A DNA stretch of 64,000 nucleotides, taken from Octopus vulgaris. Its lineage: Eukaryota. Shown in pieces: positions 25,785 to 39,655 of the stretch. The notes under the pieces are model-generated. The model was not told the DNA's origin. It saw nothing but the letters and a program-made list of their open reading frames with translations, and did not search any database. How positions within the stretch are numbered: position 1 is the stretch's first letter; each line of letters begins with the position of its first letter. The DNA is taken from the NCBI GenBank assembly GCA_951406725.2, contig OX597816.1:124001-188000 (forward strand). The letters run 5' to 3'. The position numbers and the translations under genes are program-made.

Positions 25785-26602
25785 TTGCTGAGGATGTCCA
25801 TAGGCTTGAAAGAAATGAAGCTAGTATGCTCCACTGGATGTGTAATGTCAGTGTGCATACACAACAGTGTAAGCAGCCTCTGGAAAAAGTTGGATATAAG
25901 ATGTATCAGATGTGATGTGCGAGAGCAACGACTGTGCTGGTATGGTCTTGTGTTGCATATAGATGACAGCTGTGTGAAGAAGTGTAACACCCTAACAGTG
26001 GGGGAACCTGTAGAAGAGGTAGACCTAGGAAGACCCCAGGATGAGATGGTGAAGCACGACCTTCAAATGTTGGGCCCCAGATAGGCAATGACAAGTGACC
26101 GAGTTCTTTGGAGATATTCTGTGATTGAGAAGACCTGCCAAGCCAAATGAGATTGTAGCTGTGGCTGATGCCAGTATCGCGTAACCAGCCCATTGAAAAG
26201 TGCCCTTCAATTGTCAGACAAGATGCTGTGTTTGAGAAGACCTGTTGAGTCAAGTGAAATTGTTGTCATGTCTGTTGCCAGTGCTGCCTGACTGGTACTG
26301 GTAGCACATAAAAAGCACCATTCAAGTGTGTCCCATGCCAGTGCTGGTGGCACTTAAAAAGCACCATTTGAGCATGGTTAATGCCAGTGCTTCATGACTG
26401 GCCCCTGTGTGGGGGGCATGCAAAAAGCACCCACTACACTCTCAGAGTGGTTGACATTAGGAAGAACATCCAGCAGTAGAAACCTTGCCAGAACAGATTG
26501 GAGCCTGGCGCAGCCTCCTGCTTTGCCAGTCTTCAGTCAAACTGTCCAACCCATGCCAGCATGGAAAGCAGACGTTAAACGATGTTGATGCTGATGATGA
26601 TA
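25785..26602 (+). mobile_element. RTE LINE 3' fragment with long 3' UTR
   Basis: AEDVHRLERNEASML, EQRLCWYGLV, AAAAGCACC repeats and GACGTTAAACGATG tail. Confidence 0.85.
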
Positions 26603-29600
26603 TTCTGCCAGAAGGCAGCAGCTGGCAGAAGCATTAACATACCAGGCAAAATGCTTAGAAACATTTTATCCACCTTCACATTCTGTGTTCAAATTCTGTC
26701 ATGATTGAGCACTGGCACTAATGTAATTGATTTACCCCTCACCCTCGAAATTGCTGGCCTTGTGCTAAAATTTGAAACCAATATATTCTGCCAAGTTTGA
26801 GAGTGCTCTGTTTTATCATAGAACAACTTTTCATACAAATGTTTATTCATAACATCACATCCAATTCATTTGCATAAGGAGATTCAGTGACACCTGGTGT
26901 TTCAATATCGTATCTCCTCAAAGACTAATGAATTTAATGAGTTTGTGGTTCTTATTTCTAATGTCAATAAACAAATTATTTGCTGATATCTGCCAACTGA
27001 TAATAATACATTATATGGCGTTAGGAAGGGCATCCAGCAGTAGAAATCTTGCCAGATCTGATTGGAGCCTGGTGCAGCCTACTGGCTTGCCAGTCTTCAG
27101 TCAGACCGTCCAACCCATGCCAGCATGGAAAGCAGACGATGATGAGGATGAGGCACAGTGAACAGTGAGAATCAAAATGATGACTTGGATATTTACTCTA
27201 TATATAATTTCTTCTGTCAGGTTTGAATGTGAAAATGCTAATTGCTGTTTCATTGCAGAACAACTTTTCTTTGAAGATGAACGTGTGTCCATCATCAACT
27301 CGGTTCATTAGTGTAAAGGGACTTTGGCACATCTGCTGTTTCAATGTCATTTTGTTTGTTATTCTTGCATGAATAAATACTTTCTCGAAAACAATTTTAG
27401 TTTCTCATTTTAGTGACTTATTAAATTGGTAGGATTGTCTATGAAATATAAGCATGGTTTCTGCTGTTTTTGAAAACTCCTGAGGGTTCTGGGGCAAGCT
27501 AAGTTTGAGAAACACCAAAGAAACAATGATGAACAATTTTAATTAATTATGGGAGAGTGGAATTCTTTTGTTAAAAATATGTCACACTTGATCTAGACTT
27601 TGCTAAAGAATTACTTTATGAATAAAATATAACTTTTTGACACTTTCTTGATGTCCAGTTATAAAAAGGGAGCAGGTTTCTTTTTAATCTTAGTTTAACT
27701 AAATCAATCCCTTTTATTTTACTTTAAATCAACTAATTCCAATAACATGGCTGCAGACTCCTCGCCACCATCATCATCTTCTTCATCGTTTTACGTGTCT
27801 TCCAGGCTGACGTCAGTTAGATGGTTCAACAAGATATGACAAGTTGGAAAACTATTATGCTCCAGTGTCTTTTTTGGTATGATTTTGATGGTTGGATGTT
27901 CTACCTAACACGAATCACTTTAGAGAGTGTACTGGCTGCTTTTTATGTGGCACCTGCTCTATTGATGCTGCCCTATAGCTCACAAGACTAAGTTCCTCAT
28001 CGACTGTGTGGGACTACAGTAGAGAAGGAGGCAACTTTGTACGAGGATAGAAGAGGTTAAAATGTGAAAGAAGGGACTGGAACAAGCTTTTTGTTGTGAA
28101 AGGAAGAATTATTTTAAAACAAAACACATTGATGCAAGGCTTATTATGAATGACAGTTTTTACAATATACATTTATCGATGGTGTTAAGAAAAAGACAAA
28201 ACTGAACATTTGAACTTGTATTACTGTAGCAAATCTATCTATAGCTACTTACCTACCAACCTATCTCGATATATATTTTCCATTTGAGTTATTAGCTTCC
28301 TTGATGACTGAAGTGTGGAAAAGACCTTGAAATAAGCAGAATAATCTTATAGTGACTTAATAAATTCATAGGACCTAAGAAAATTATCTTTACATTTATG
28401 TTAGTAACTAGAAAGCATGTAACAGCAAGGAATAAATGTAGAACAAATAGACACTTGCTCAATGTGCCATGTGGTGAAACTGAACCCAAAGTTGTGTGGT
28501 TGTGAAGTAAACTTCTTAACCATACAGCCAAGCCTGTGCCTGTAAAAAAGAAGGTGCATGTTGAAGTTATCCTGTCGGATCATTTTTATATATGTTCTCA
28601 GTGTGATATAAGAAATCTAACAATCTTCTTGGAGTGTGCCAGCTTGTGATTTAGAGCATTACCTGAAGTTGTTTGTGTAATTTCATACATCTAACCCTAT
28701 TCTTCTATTAACTCGTACCCTCTAATAGAGGAGAATGTAGCCATTTTCTCTGACTTTGTTGGCAAACACTCTCCATGGTTATTGTCACTTAATTCTCTCT
28801 CCTCCTCACTCCTTCTCCTTGGACTCTTATTTCCATGGAACAAACACCTTACCTACTCTGCTCAAATATTGATCTCGTTAGTTGCTTCTTAATTCTAGTC
28901 TGTTCATTTCCTCATCATCATCGTTTAACATCCGCTTTCCATGCTGGCATGGGTGGATGTATGCAAGCAAGTATTTTTACAGAGTTTCACTTTGATATAA
29001 AATAGATTGCATTAACATAAATGAAACAGAGTTGTGGAGTCAATTGAATAGTTACAACTTGTGACTCATGACACTAACTCTTGAATAAGCATGCAAAAAG
29101 CAAAAAAAAAAAATGTATTTGGGGATTAAGCAAGATGTTAAACCTTATGGAAGAGAAGATGAAGATGATTTGTAACTTGCTATGATTGAGAAGATCCTTC
29201 CATTTCAGTAAAACTGAGGTCCTAAAAACACACCTTTCATATCTGCCTTCGCTCACTCATATCCACCTTTGTCACTCAGTGTATCCACCTTTAATCCCTA
29301 ATCTGCCCCAGTTCAAACCTTCCCCACACCTCATCTTCTTAATACTCATCATTCCGTCACTGTTCTTTGGTACTTTTACTTAACTGCTGTAATTATGAAA
29401 GCAGAACTACATGCATTCATCCCTCTTCTCTCCTACCAGTTCTCTCTCTTTGTCATCTGTCGCACATTCTCAGTTCATCTCTTACTCTTCTATTTTCCAC
29501 TGGATACCATCTTCCCTTGAACACCCTCTCATATCTGCCATTATTCACTCATCTCCATCTTATATCCTACTGTCATAACTCTGTTTCTGTCAGTCTGCAT

Positions 29601-31511
29601 CCCTCTCACCTCCCTACTCTTCCCACATCGTTTCCCTATTCTTCATCTATGTACGGGGGTGGGGCTTATTGTTGCTATTTGTCAACCTCCTCTCTGATCA
29701 ATTCTTATTTTCCTTCACCTTACCTGCCAAACTGAAACTCTCCATTACTCACACATCCACTCCCCACATGTTTTCCATTCACTGCATTCCCCTCTATCCC
29801 CATCTCTAACCATCTACCATTCTGTCTTCACACTCTTGCAAACCTACCCATTCATCCTTCCTAATTCCCTCTTCTTTTTCTCACTGCTTTCTTATGCCCT
29901 GAGTGTATTTCCTGATGGTGCCTCATTTCCACCATACTTTCTCTCTTTCCTGTTCTATAATGCTTTAACCTCTGATCATAAAGTCATCTCACAGTTGAAG
30001 AGTTTCATCTTGTTGAGCCGCCTGCTCACCTCACGAGTTCTGGTAGCCTAAAAAAGGCACCCCTAGTATGCTCTGTAAAGCAGTTGGTGTTAGGAAAGGC
30101 ATTTGAATACAACAAACAAACAACTACAATCCTTGTTTAGATTCATTGATCCATAGATTTGACTGAAGATTCACAACCAAGTCTCAAAGCCCACTTATCT
30201 CAATTAATTGTGTTGTGAATAAAAATTGTTTGAAAGGAAAAGATGTTCTCCAAAGACAAGATACAACAGTGATTAGCATATCTTAAGAGTTCAGAGATTT
30301 ATAAACAAGTTGAAAATCTGTGAGAAAATTAGTGTTTGTTGGGATATCGATGTTAGTCTGCCTAATTATGAGTGAAGCAGGTTCAAACTTGAAGAAAGAC
30401 AGAATTTATTTTGTACTTTTATATTAATTATGTGAAAGAGTATGGCTGTTTTTTTCTCTTTTTGAAGCTTATAATCTTAAATTTTGCCTTGCTCTGTAGT
30501 CACTGCTACATTTTATCTTTTGATTACATTTACTAATTATATTTTTATAAGTCCATTAATTGATTTTGCTTTTGGATTATGTCTGTGAAGTAACAATAAG
30601 GCAATTATTTTTGTACTGACTTAATCATCCAATAGAATGGGTTATTTCATGTTGGTTCATCTGTATTCCGCGTATCGTGCAATTTTCATCCATTTTCCAA
30701 CATGTAAAATGTAGTTAATTGGTATATTTATGTATGTATAAGAATGACTATTAAGATTTACAGGGATATGTATGTGTATGTGTGTATGTGTGTATCCATC
30801 CATATAAATAAAAAGGTGATGATTGGGGAGGGAACCTATTGAAAACATCAGGAAATTATTGGATTATTTTTATATCTTGTTCAATGAAAAGAAATTATAA
30901 GTGAGTCTATATATTTATATTTGTTTAAATCTATTCAAACCTAGTTTTTATAATCTGAATAGATTTTTCCCAAAGTAAACTGAATATGTTGTGGAAATTA
31001 TTAGATAAATCCAATTTTAGCCATAATTATGTTCAGTAGTTGAACAAAAAAACAAACTTGCACTGAAAGTTTATATTCAAATCTCTACTACCTATTTCCC
31101 CTTCCTCATTAAATCTGTAATTGTGTGTGTGTGTGTGTATTTATTATAATAACACTCTTGTATTTTTCTCCGTCACAGCATATGAATGAGAAAGGAAGGG
31201 GTGATGGGAAACTGGTGGGGATGATGAACATTAAACGGTGAAAAGTCAAACAGAATTTCAACTGTGTGTGTGTTGTACAAGGGAATATGTGAATGTATGT
31301 GAACATTGACAAGTGTATTGATTTGATTGACCATCCATATATATAAAACACTACAATTGGCTGTCATTTTTGATGGCACAGGGCCGCCAGCTAGTTAGTT
31401 AGTTATATTATAGGTATCTTTCCTCACCTGTGTATTTATCGAATACATTTATCAACAGAAGTTCAATGTAGTCTTTGTTGAAAATATTATTGAAGTTTAT
31501 AAAAATAGAAG

Positions 31512-31665
31512 GTGCAAGCATGGCTGTGTGGTTAAGAAACTTCCCAACAATGTAGACTTGGGTTCAGTCCCATTGCATGGCACCTTGAACAAGTGTCTTC
31601 AACTGTAGCCCTGGGCTGACCAAAACCTTGCAAATGCATTTGGTAGAAATTGAAAGAAGCACATT
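31512..31665 (+). mobile_element. tRNA-derived SINE head
   Basis: GCATGGCTGTGTGGTTAAGAA..GGTTCAGTCCCATTGCATGGCACCTTGAACAAGTGTCTT. Confidence 0.7.
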
Positions 31666-32199
31666 GTTTGTGTATGTGCATTGGGTACACGGTATTGACA
31701 AGTCACAAATATGAAACATCGATGTCTATGACTCCTGCATGGGATCTGATGTGAGTTATGTCACTTGTCTATGACTTCCAGGTATTTTAATACCAGGTGC
31801 ATTGAATAGAATATTATCTCTTATGCCTGCATGTGCAGCCTACCCATGAACTAGCAAAACATTACTTTTGTATATGTGTTTGATATTTCCATTGTTTTTG
31901 AGCATCAAACAAATACACTTACTTGTTGTTCTCTCTCCTGTCTTCGTCTTTTGTCTTCTGTACATTTGAACCATATGTAACATACTCTCACCCCAGTTTG
32001 ATCCTGCCTGAGTGTATTTCCTCCTCTCTTGGACCCTCATCTCTCCCTCCCTTATCAGACCTTCAGTAACTCTCCTTATTCACCTTATCATTACTCCACC
32101 TGGATTACCATTGAAACTTTACACTTTTCAGGCTCTACCATCAGGGGTTTACTGTACACTTTCTCTCTCTCTCTCTCTCTTTAACGTCCGTTTTCCGCG

Positions 32200-32240
<41 letters not shown>

Positions 32241-32479
32241 TGTGTTTAGTAGGTGCAGTGTACAAGTTTTAGTTAATGCTATATATCTAGCTGGTTGTTG
32301 TTGAACTCTTTCCCTGTGTATGTTCAAAATCAAAATCAGTTGAGAAACTACTTCTGATGAAAATCATTGCAAACTCTGTTGGCTGCTTATTGGGAATGTT
32401 TACAATCTCCTAATTTGTTGTATCCCTGCAGTTCACCCCTGATTCAGAACCATCATATATATCTATCTATATATATATA

Positions 32480-32525
<46 letters not shown>

Positions 32526-32609
32526 TAGATATGTTTCGACCAAAGATTGGTCCAGGCCATGTCTAACTTAATAGCACCACCTGATAGGATTATTCGAATC
32601 CTGTTTAAG

Positions 32610-35560
32610 TCAAGTTTTGTTTATGGTCCATTCAAGTAGTGAGTTTTTGTTGGGTGAGTTGTATCCAATTATGGGTGGCTTATCTGGTATTCTTTGAAGG
32701 AATCTATCCAGACTCTGTTTAAAGTTGATGGGATCCTTTTCCTCTTTGATCTCTTTCAGGACAATGTTAAATAGGGCAGGGCCTGTTGAGGAAAAGAAAT
32801 TATGTTGCAGTGTACATGTATGCTGTGATCTTGAATTGGGCAGGGGACGTATGGCCCGTGGTCCCAGTCTTTGATGAACCTTGAAGCTAATGTTCAGGTC
32901 GTTTGGGCAAAGTTCGCGGTATATTCTCCACATGGTACAAATGATGTACCGCTCATGGCAACGCTGGAGAGAGTAGAGTTTCAAGGCTTTAAGGCGATCC
33001 CAATAATCGAGAGCAGCCATGCCTTCAATTCATTTAGTGAGTGCCCTCTGGGGTGATTCAATCCTCGAGATGTTTTGTCTTGTATGGGGAGACCACAGTG
33101 GGCAGCAGTATTCGAGGTGTGGCCATACAAAAGAGGAGAAAAGTGGTATGATGACACCTTGTTCTCTGGACCGGAAAGTTCTTAAGATCCAGGAACTCAT
33201 CTTACGAGCTATATCGACCTTCTTTTTGATGTGTGCACTCCAACTGAGATCGTCATCAACAATTACACCCAGGTATCTGATATTGTTAGAGGCTGTGAGC
33301 AGTTCCCCTGAAGGAAGAGAGTATGGCTGTTTTAGTGAGGAATTTCTTCCAAAATGCATCAGCTCAAATTTTCCCTCGTTCAGTTGCATTTTGTTTCTCT
33401 CTGCCCATTGACTCACAGCATACAGATCAGACTGGAGTTGAGTTCGGTCTGCTTCTTCATTGACGATTTGCTGGAGCTTAGTGTCATCAGCAAATATTTT
33501 CACTTTGCAGTAATGTACGACACTGGAAAGGTCATTTATGTAAATTATGTAGAGTAGCAGACCCAAGACAGTCCCCTGGGAGACACCGCTGGTGACTTTT
33601 GCTGGGCTTGAGAGGACTCCATCAACTACAACATGTGTTCTATTTGCCAGGAAATACTTAATCCAGTGTAGAACTTTTCCACGGATTCCAACATTTGCCA
33701 ATTTTGAGAGTAGGATATTATGGTCTACCCTGTCGAACGCTTTACTGAAGTCAAGATATATGACATCAGAGTTCGAACCTGTTCCTAAGGCTTTGAGTAC
33801 ATCTTCAATGTGGTGTAAGAGCTGTGTTAGACAGTCCCTGCCACAGCAAAAGCCATGCTGATTTGCATTTAGGAGTTTGTGGGTCTCCAGGAAGTCAGCT
33901 ATCCTTGATCTTAACACTCTTTCAAACACTTTAATGATGTGGAAGGTGAGTGAGATTGGGCGATAGTTGAGTGCGGGGGATCTGTTTCCCTGTTTGAAAA
34001 CCAGGATGACTGACTGGGATAGAAACTGTTTCGGTATATAACCTGCGTCTAACGAATTTCTCCAGAGGTTGGTCAGAGGGACTACAAGTTGGTGTCTACA
34101 TTCCTTCAGGAGACTAGCGGGGAATCTATCAGGGCCTACAGCAGAGTAGTATTTGACCTCATTTATTGCTGCTATGATGTCAGTGGCAGTGAAGGTTATG
34201 CCTGAGATTTTATGTTGGGAGTCAACTTCGTTCGCTTCTCTTACGTCAATATTAGTGGGAACACTAAAGACAGAGCAGTATTGTTTTTGCTGTATTTCTG
34301 CCATTTCTTCAGCATCGTGTTGGGGAATGCCGTTATCATCAATCAATGGCCCAATGGGTGAGACAGTGGTTCTATGCTTATTTGCATGAGAATATAACAC
34401 TTTTGGGTTCTGTTTGATGTTTTTGATTACCCACTGTTCCTCCACAGCTCTTTGATTTTCAATGGAGGTTTTCATGTCAGTCTGCAGATGAAGTTTTTCC
34501 AGTTCTAGCCTTTTCATTGTTGTTCAATGTGGATGTTGTGTGAGGGAATATTTTAATTGGTTGATTTTTTTGTTGAGTCTTTTGATGCGCCTGATGAGTG
34601 TTTTTTCTTTTTAGGGAGCCGGTTTCTGTTTGTGTTAGTAGATTTCGTGGGAGCGTGTTTAGAGCATGTATAGGTGACAATGTTTTCAAAGTGCTGCCAT
34701 ACAGTCTCAATATGGGTGGAATTGAGAGTAAAGAACCAGTCGATGAAAGACAGATCCTTTCTGATTGCTCCCCAGTCTGCTTTGTGGAAGTTTATGTTGT
34801 CAAATGAGTGCCATGGAGTGGGATTGGCTGGTTTGGTTTTTATATGTCGGGAATTAAAATTGCAGAGTACCATGTCGTGGTCTGAGAGGAGAGTTTTTCA
34901 ACTGAAATACTGTGAACGAAGCAAGAGTGATTGGTCAATACCAGATCCAAGATCGTTTTATTCTGTCTCGTTGGTTCGAGCACTAGCTGTGTCAGGAAAT
35001 ATTCATCCATTAGATTAAAGAGCAGTTCTGCTGCTGCTCTATCTGATGTAGAGCATTTGCCTAACTTCAGAGTATTTGTGGGCCAGTTCACATGAGGGAG
35101 GTTAAAATCACCCATCACTAGTATGTTTCCGGAGTGGTACTTCTGAAGGAAAGACTTGACTTTGCTAAGGCACTCTTCAAAGCACTTTAGAGGTGCTTGG
35201 GGAGGCCTGTAAAGACCAACAATGATTATGTCCTTGGCTTTGCTGAATAGTGATACAGATTCACAATAGCCATTGGAAAATATATCCTTGGCATCAAGTG
35301 AAAAGGAGTCATGGATAAAGATGGCTGTCCCTCCCTTATTTCGGTCTGTGCGATCCGCACGAACAATGGTGAAATCTTTTATTTTCACCTCGGCGTCCAT
35401 ATGGGTGTTGTTCAGGTGAGTCTCAGTAAGGATAAAGAAAGGGAAGCAATGTGCCGTTTCGGCAAGCCAACTCTCTATATATGGGATCTTCCATTTTTGG
35501 GCAGTAATTGATGGGTTGATGCCTCGTACATTTAACAGGAATGTCGAGGTAAGGGGAGTT
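32610..35560 (-). pseudogene. LINE ORF2 (endonuclease plus reverse transcriptase), split by a few frameshifts
   Basis: ORFs 34840-36018, 34553-34873, 33030-34517 and 32610-33020 are consecutive pieces of one APE-RT protein. Confidence 0.92.
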
Positions 35561-35699
35561 TGATGTTTGCCTTGCTCTAAGTTTTGTTTTATGTTGTTCA
35601 GTGGTAACAATGTGGGTAGTTCTTGTATGGAGCTGTGTGTGTATGATTTTCTTGTTGGTAGTGGGTGTGTGGTCCTTGGTAGTGGGTGTGATTTGCATA

Positions 35700-36871
35700 G
35701 GTGGTTGCTGATAGCTCGTTGGATCTCCTGGCTTAGGTCGGCCTTCATATTTTCTAGGTAAGTCAGTAAAAAAGAGTTACCTCTTTGGTTTGCCACTTGG
35801 TCAGAGGATACATATTTCATGTTGGTGTTATTTGGTGTTATGGTTTTTTCATGGTTCTGTCTATGTTGTTTGATTGTAGGAGGGGAAACGTGGTTGTGTT
35901 TTGTTTTTGTTGTTGTCGTAGATCTCTTCTGTTGCTGTTTATATTTATTTTGCGATCGTTTTGTGCCCTTCAGATGGTGGTGGTTGCATTCTGGGTTCAG
36001 GCACATCCTTAGTGACACAGAAGTTTGGCACAGTTTAGGATGGAAGAAGGTGCATCCATTGCCTTTTGTGCATCCATATTTGGGATCAGGACCATAGACT
36101 CTGTATTTTGGACAGTATTTGGGGTGGAGGTGAGGGCAGTTTTTTCTCGTTATACCATATGGACAGGTGCCCTTAACAAGTCTACGACATAAGGTAGGAT
36201 GGAAAAAAGCACAGCGTCCATTGTTGTTGGTGCTGCTGGGGCCAAATCTACAGTTGCCTTAAGAATAGTAATGGCAGGGTGTTTTATGTGGGTGTAGTAG
36301 TGGTTTTTCTATATTGGCAGGCTCGTTCGTTGGTCAGTGGTCCTATTGTAGTAGCAGTAGCAGAGTGTTGTTGTTGTTGTAGCAGCAGTGAAACGTGACT
36401 TGCAACAGTAGGGTTGTGTGGAATCGGGTTAGGTACTGGTTCCAATGTAGTAGCAGAAGCAGGCTGTTGTTGTTTTTGTGATAGTGAGTTCTGGCTTGCC
36501 AGGGTAGTGTTGGGTGGAATGGGTGGAATTAGGTCAGATGTTTGTTGCTGGCTATGGGGTCCTTGAAGTGACCCCTGACCTGTTGGAGTTGGGTCATTTG
36601 GTGCACTACATTCATTGACAAGGATGGCTTCTAGTGTTGCCATGTGCATGTGGAAAATAGGAAATATTCTTATAATCTCTTTTATTTTATTTTCGATCTG
36701 TTTTACAGATCTGTGAAAGGATTGTTTTGCTGATTTTTCAGCTATTTTACTGTAAACATTAGCTTCGTTGTGGTGGGTGTACCAAGCATTTATCAGTGCA
36801 GTGATTTCATTTTCAACCCAGTGGCGTTTTTGAATATTATTGGCCATATTCAGTGGGACAGTATTATACAC
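35700..36871 (-). pseudogene. LINE ORF1 region: Myb/SANT-like helix domain, Q/P-rich linker, 4 CCCH zinc fingers
   Basis: HWVENEITALINAW..VYSKIAEK....FHRSVKQIENKIKEI. Manual translation of ~36283-35960 gives CHYYS*GNCRFG..RCAFFHP, CRRLVKGTCPYG..NCPHLHP, CPKYRVYG..GCTKGNGCTFFHP and CQTSVSLRMCLNPECNHHH. Confidence 0.8.
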
Positions 36872-37280
36872 TGTACGTGTATATTGATGGCTTGATGTAT
36901 AATAGTGAATACACCGTTGAAAAGTTTGTGTCGATATATTCGGAAATGCGTGGCTTGTGTGCGGGAGAGTTCAGTGTATTTAGTACAAATCAGGATGAGC
37001 AGTGTGTTTAATACAGATCAAGAAAAAAGAATTGTACTCACGGGACTAGTTTTAGAACTAGTCTTGGGTTTAGTTTTGGTTTATATTTCTTTCTCCAGGT
37101 TGTATATAGATTTGTATAAATTTATCCTCCGATGGTAGTAAAAGAGTAGAATAGTAGAATTGTAGAATTCAAAAGTTCTGGGACTAAAAACAAGGATAGT
37201 TTCTGCTGGCTTGAGTTGAAATATGCTTCTTTGGCTACTGACCGGAGCTATGAAAAGTATGTCTTGTCATGACGAATGCC

Positions 37281-37327
<47 letters not shown>

Positions 37328-37679
37328 GCAATTGACAGGTAGTCGAGGTGAGACCCATAAATCTATTGTTGAAGGTATATATATATATATATATACCTAG
37401 CTGTTGACCATACTGCATAATGCAATATTCATTCGTTAGTTATACATGGTGTAGACTTTGCAGTCTAGACATGTTTTATAAAGTTCATTCTGTTTTGTGT
37501 ATGTCTGTAGATTCTGGTGTCAGCTGCAGTGAAGGAGGCAGGCAAAATGGACTGAACCACAGTAGTACAGTTGCTGTTATTTCTCTGTAGTTGTCATTGA
37601 TGGTTTGTATCCCAGTATAGGGGTTTAGGGTTAATGATACTTTGCCATCAGTAGTACACAGATCTTAGGAATGTGTAGA

Positions 37680-38008
37680 ACTTCAGTGATTGAGAAACTT
37701 ACTCCCTAATGATGTGATCTCAGGTTCAGTCCCACTGTGCAGCCTTGTGAGTGAATTTGGTAAATGGAGACTAAAATTTTTCTGTGTGTTTGCATGCACC
37801 CTTGTCTTGACATCGTGTGATGATTGTAAATGAGCATCACTGTTATACAAGCAACATTTATTTTCAGTCTTCCATGAAAAGCCTGTTTGGCCATGAGGAA
37901 ACATTACTTTTCTTGAAGACAGGTTGGCAACAGGATGAGTATCTGGCTGTAGAAAATGAACTTCAGTTCTATCTAAGCCATGCATGCCCGGAAAAGTTGA
38001 CATTAAAT
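37680..38008 (+). mobile_element. tRNA-derived SINE with RTE-type tail
   Basis: GTGATTGAGAAAC..GGTTCAGTCCCACTG head and tail CATGC..GGAAAAGTTGACATTAAAT. Confidence 0.7.
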
Positions 38009-39655
38009 AACCAGGAGAATATAGGAAGCATTCATCTGAACAATTACATCTCCACCAAATCTATATTTATCTCATCCTAGTTCTTAATCATAAAGTCGTA
38101 TGGATGTGAAATGTCACCTCTTGGTCTTTGAAATCAAGTTTTTGGGTTTGTAGTACAAAAATCATGAGGTTATGATATAAAGAGCTTTGTTTTGACAAAT
38201 CTATCATTTGTGATGGGGATTAGGAACCTAAGTAAAACTAGCTTTGTGATGATTGACTTAGTTATTTTCTTCTAAATTGATACCATATTTAAAAAAAAAT
38301 TATTTTGGTTAAATTATTATTCCAGTGTATGTTTGAAGGTGTTTTGTTCATGTATGTGATAAGATTACTCTCTGGCTTGTGTCTAAATATTACTTATGTA
38401 ATACCAAGAATTTGATTTTAGATATAGTGTTATTTAGTTCTGCTTATGTGAAGTAAAGTGGTAAGATTAAGCTGTTTTGTTGGAGACTAGTGTATGTGAA
38501 GTATAGATGTATTTATTGTGTTATAAGATAATGTGATTATGATATGATCAGTGTTAACCTGCTGTAGTGTGTGTGTGAAGGGTGAACAGCAAGACAGATG
38601 CTTGTGGGTTTCTGTTTGGAAAGGGAAATTATTTGGAGTTTTACATTACAGCTGACTTGTCAGTGCATTGATTCCTGGATTTCAAAAATGTTCATTTGGT
38701 AAGTAGCTTGCAGGAAATGGTATAATACTTTTACAGGTGTCACTTGTGATTGGAGTAATGTTTGATTTTGTGTGTGTGTGTGTGTTTGCATGTCAAAGTC
38801 ATCTAATATTTATTGTAGAGAAGTAAAATGATTAGCTTAGAATTCAGAAAATATCATCATTATCATAAAACGTCTGCCTCCCATGCTGGCATGGGTTGGA
38901 CTGTTTGACAGGAGTTGGCCAGGCAAAAGACTATACCAGACTATTGTGTTAGTTTTGGCACAGTTTTTGCGGTTGCCTTTCTTAACATCAACCACCTCGT
39001 AGAGTGGACTGAGTGCTTTTTGTGTAGCACCAGCGCAGGTGAGGTCAGTTTTAGCATGGTTTTTACAGATGGATGCCCATCCAAATGCCAAGCACTTTAC
39101 AGTGTTGACTGAATACTTTTTATGTGACACCAACAATGGCAAAGAATCTTTGTGAAGGGAGGGGGTCATTGGAGGAGGTGATCTTGTGTCAGAGTGTGAC
39201 AGACACACACAAACAGGTGTGAGGTGGAATTCAGTAGAGGAAAAGAGTAATATGAATTAGTCTTTTAAGTATCTTTTCATAAAGGAAGAGAAGTATACGT
39301 CTCAGAATTTGATGTCTTGATAGAATTTCTGGTTTGATTTTTATTACCTTTAGTTTTGGAGGAATTCTTTAAAAAGCAGCAAAAAGTACAAGGGTTCCTT
39401 GAAATATAATTTATTAAATCCTATTTAAGAAACAAATTAACATATAAAATACTGTTTAGAAAAAAAAGATCTACCCTAATAAGGTAGTTCCATTTGTTCC
39501 AAAGAATCTTGATTATTTTCATTTCTTCCTCTTGTGTTTATATATTCCGTCCAGAAGGAACTTTTCTGTGAGTGCAGAGCATCTTTTATAACAAACTTTG
39601 CAATATAAAATGTATTAGTTATTGTATTTAGCATCTCTCTTTGAATTCCCTGTGT

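Larger units (their letters stand above)
32521..37284 (-). mobile_element. Full-length (~4.76 kb) APE-RT LINE (CR1/L2/Proto2-like) inserted in (TA)n, lightly mutated
   Basis: 5' end GCAGGCATTCGTCATGACAAGAC..GCTCCGG, ORF1 region, APE (NVRG, LTETHL, YRPP, MGDFNLP, LDLVLTN) and RT (YRPISL, YLDFSKAFDRVDH, GVSQGTVLG, FADDTK). C-terminus FLQRIPDKP..NSL. (TA)n on both flanks. Confidence 0.95.

Noticed and set aside
29180-30010. Pyrimidine-rich region with L/S/P-rich ORFs
   Set aside because: Compositional bias only. It may be an old TE, but I found no recognisable motif.
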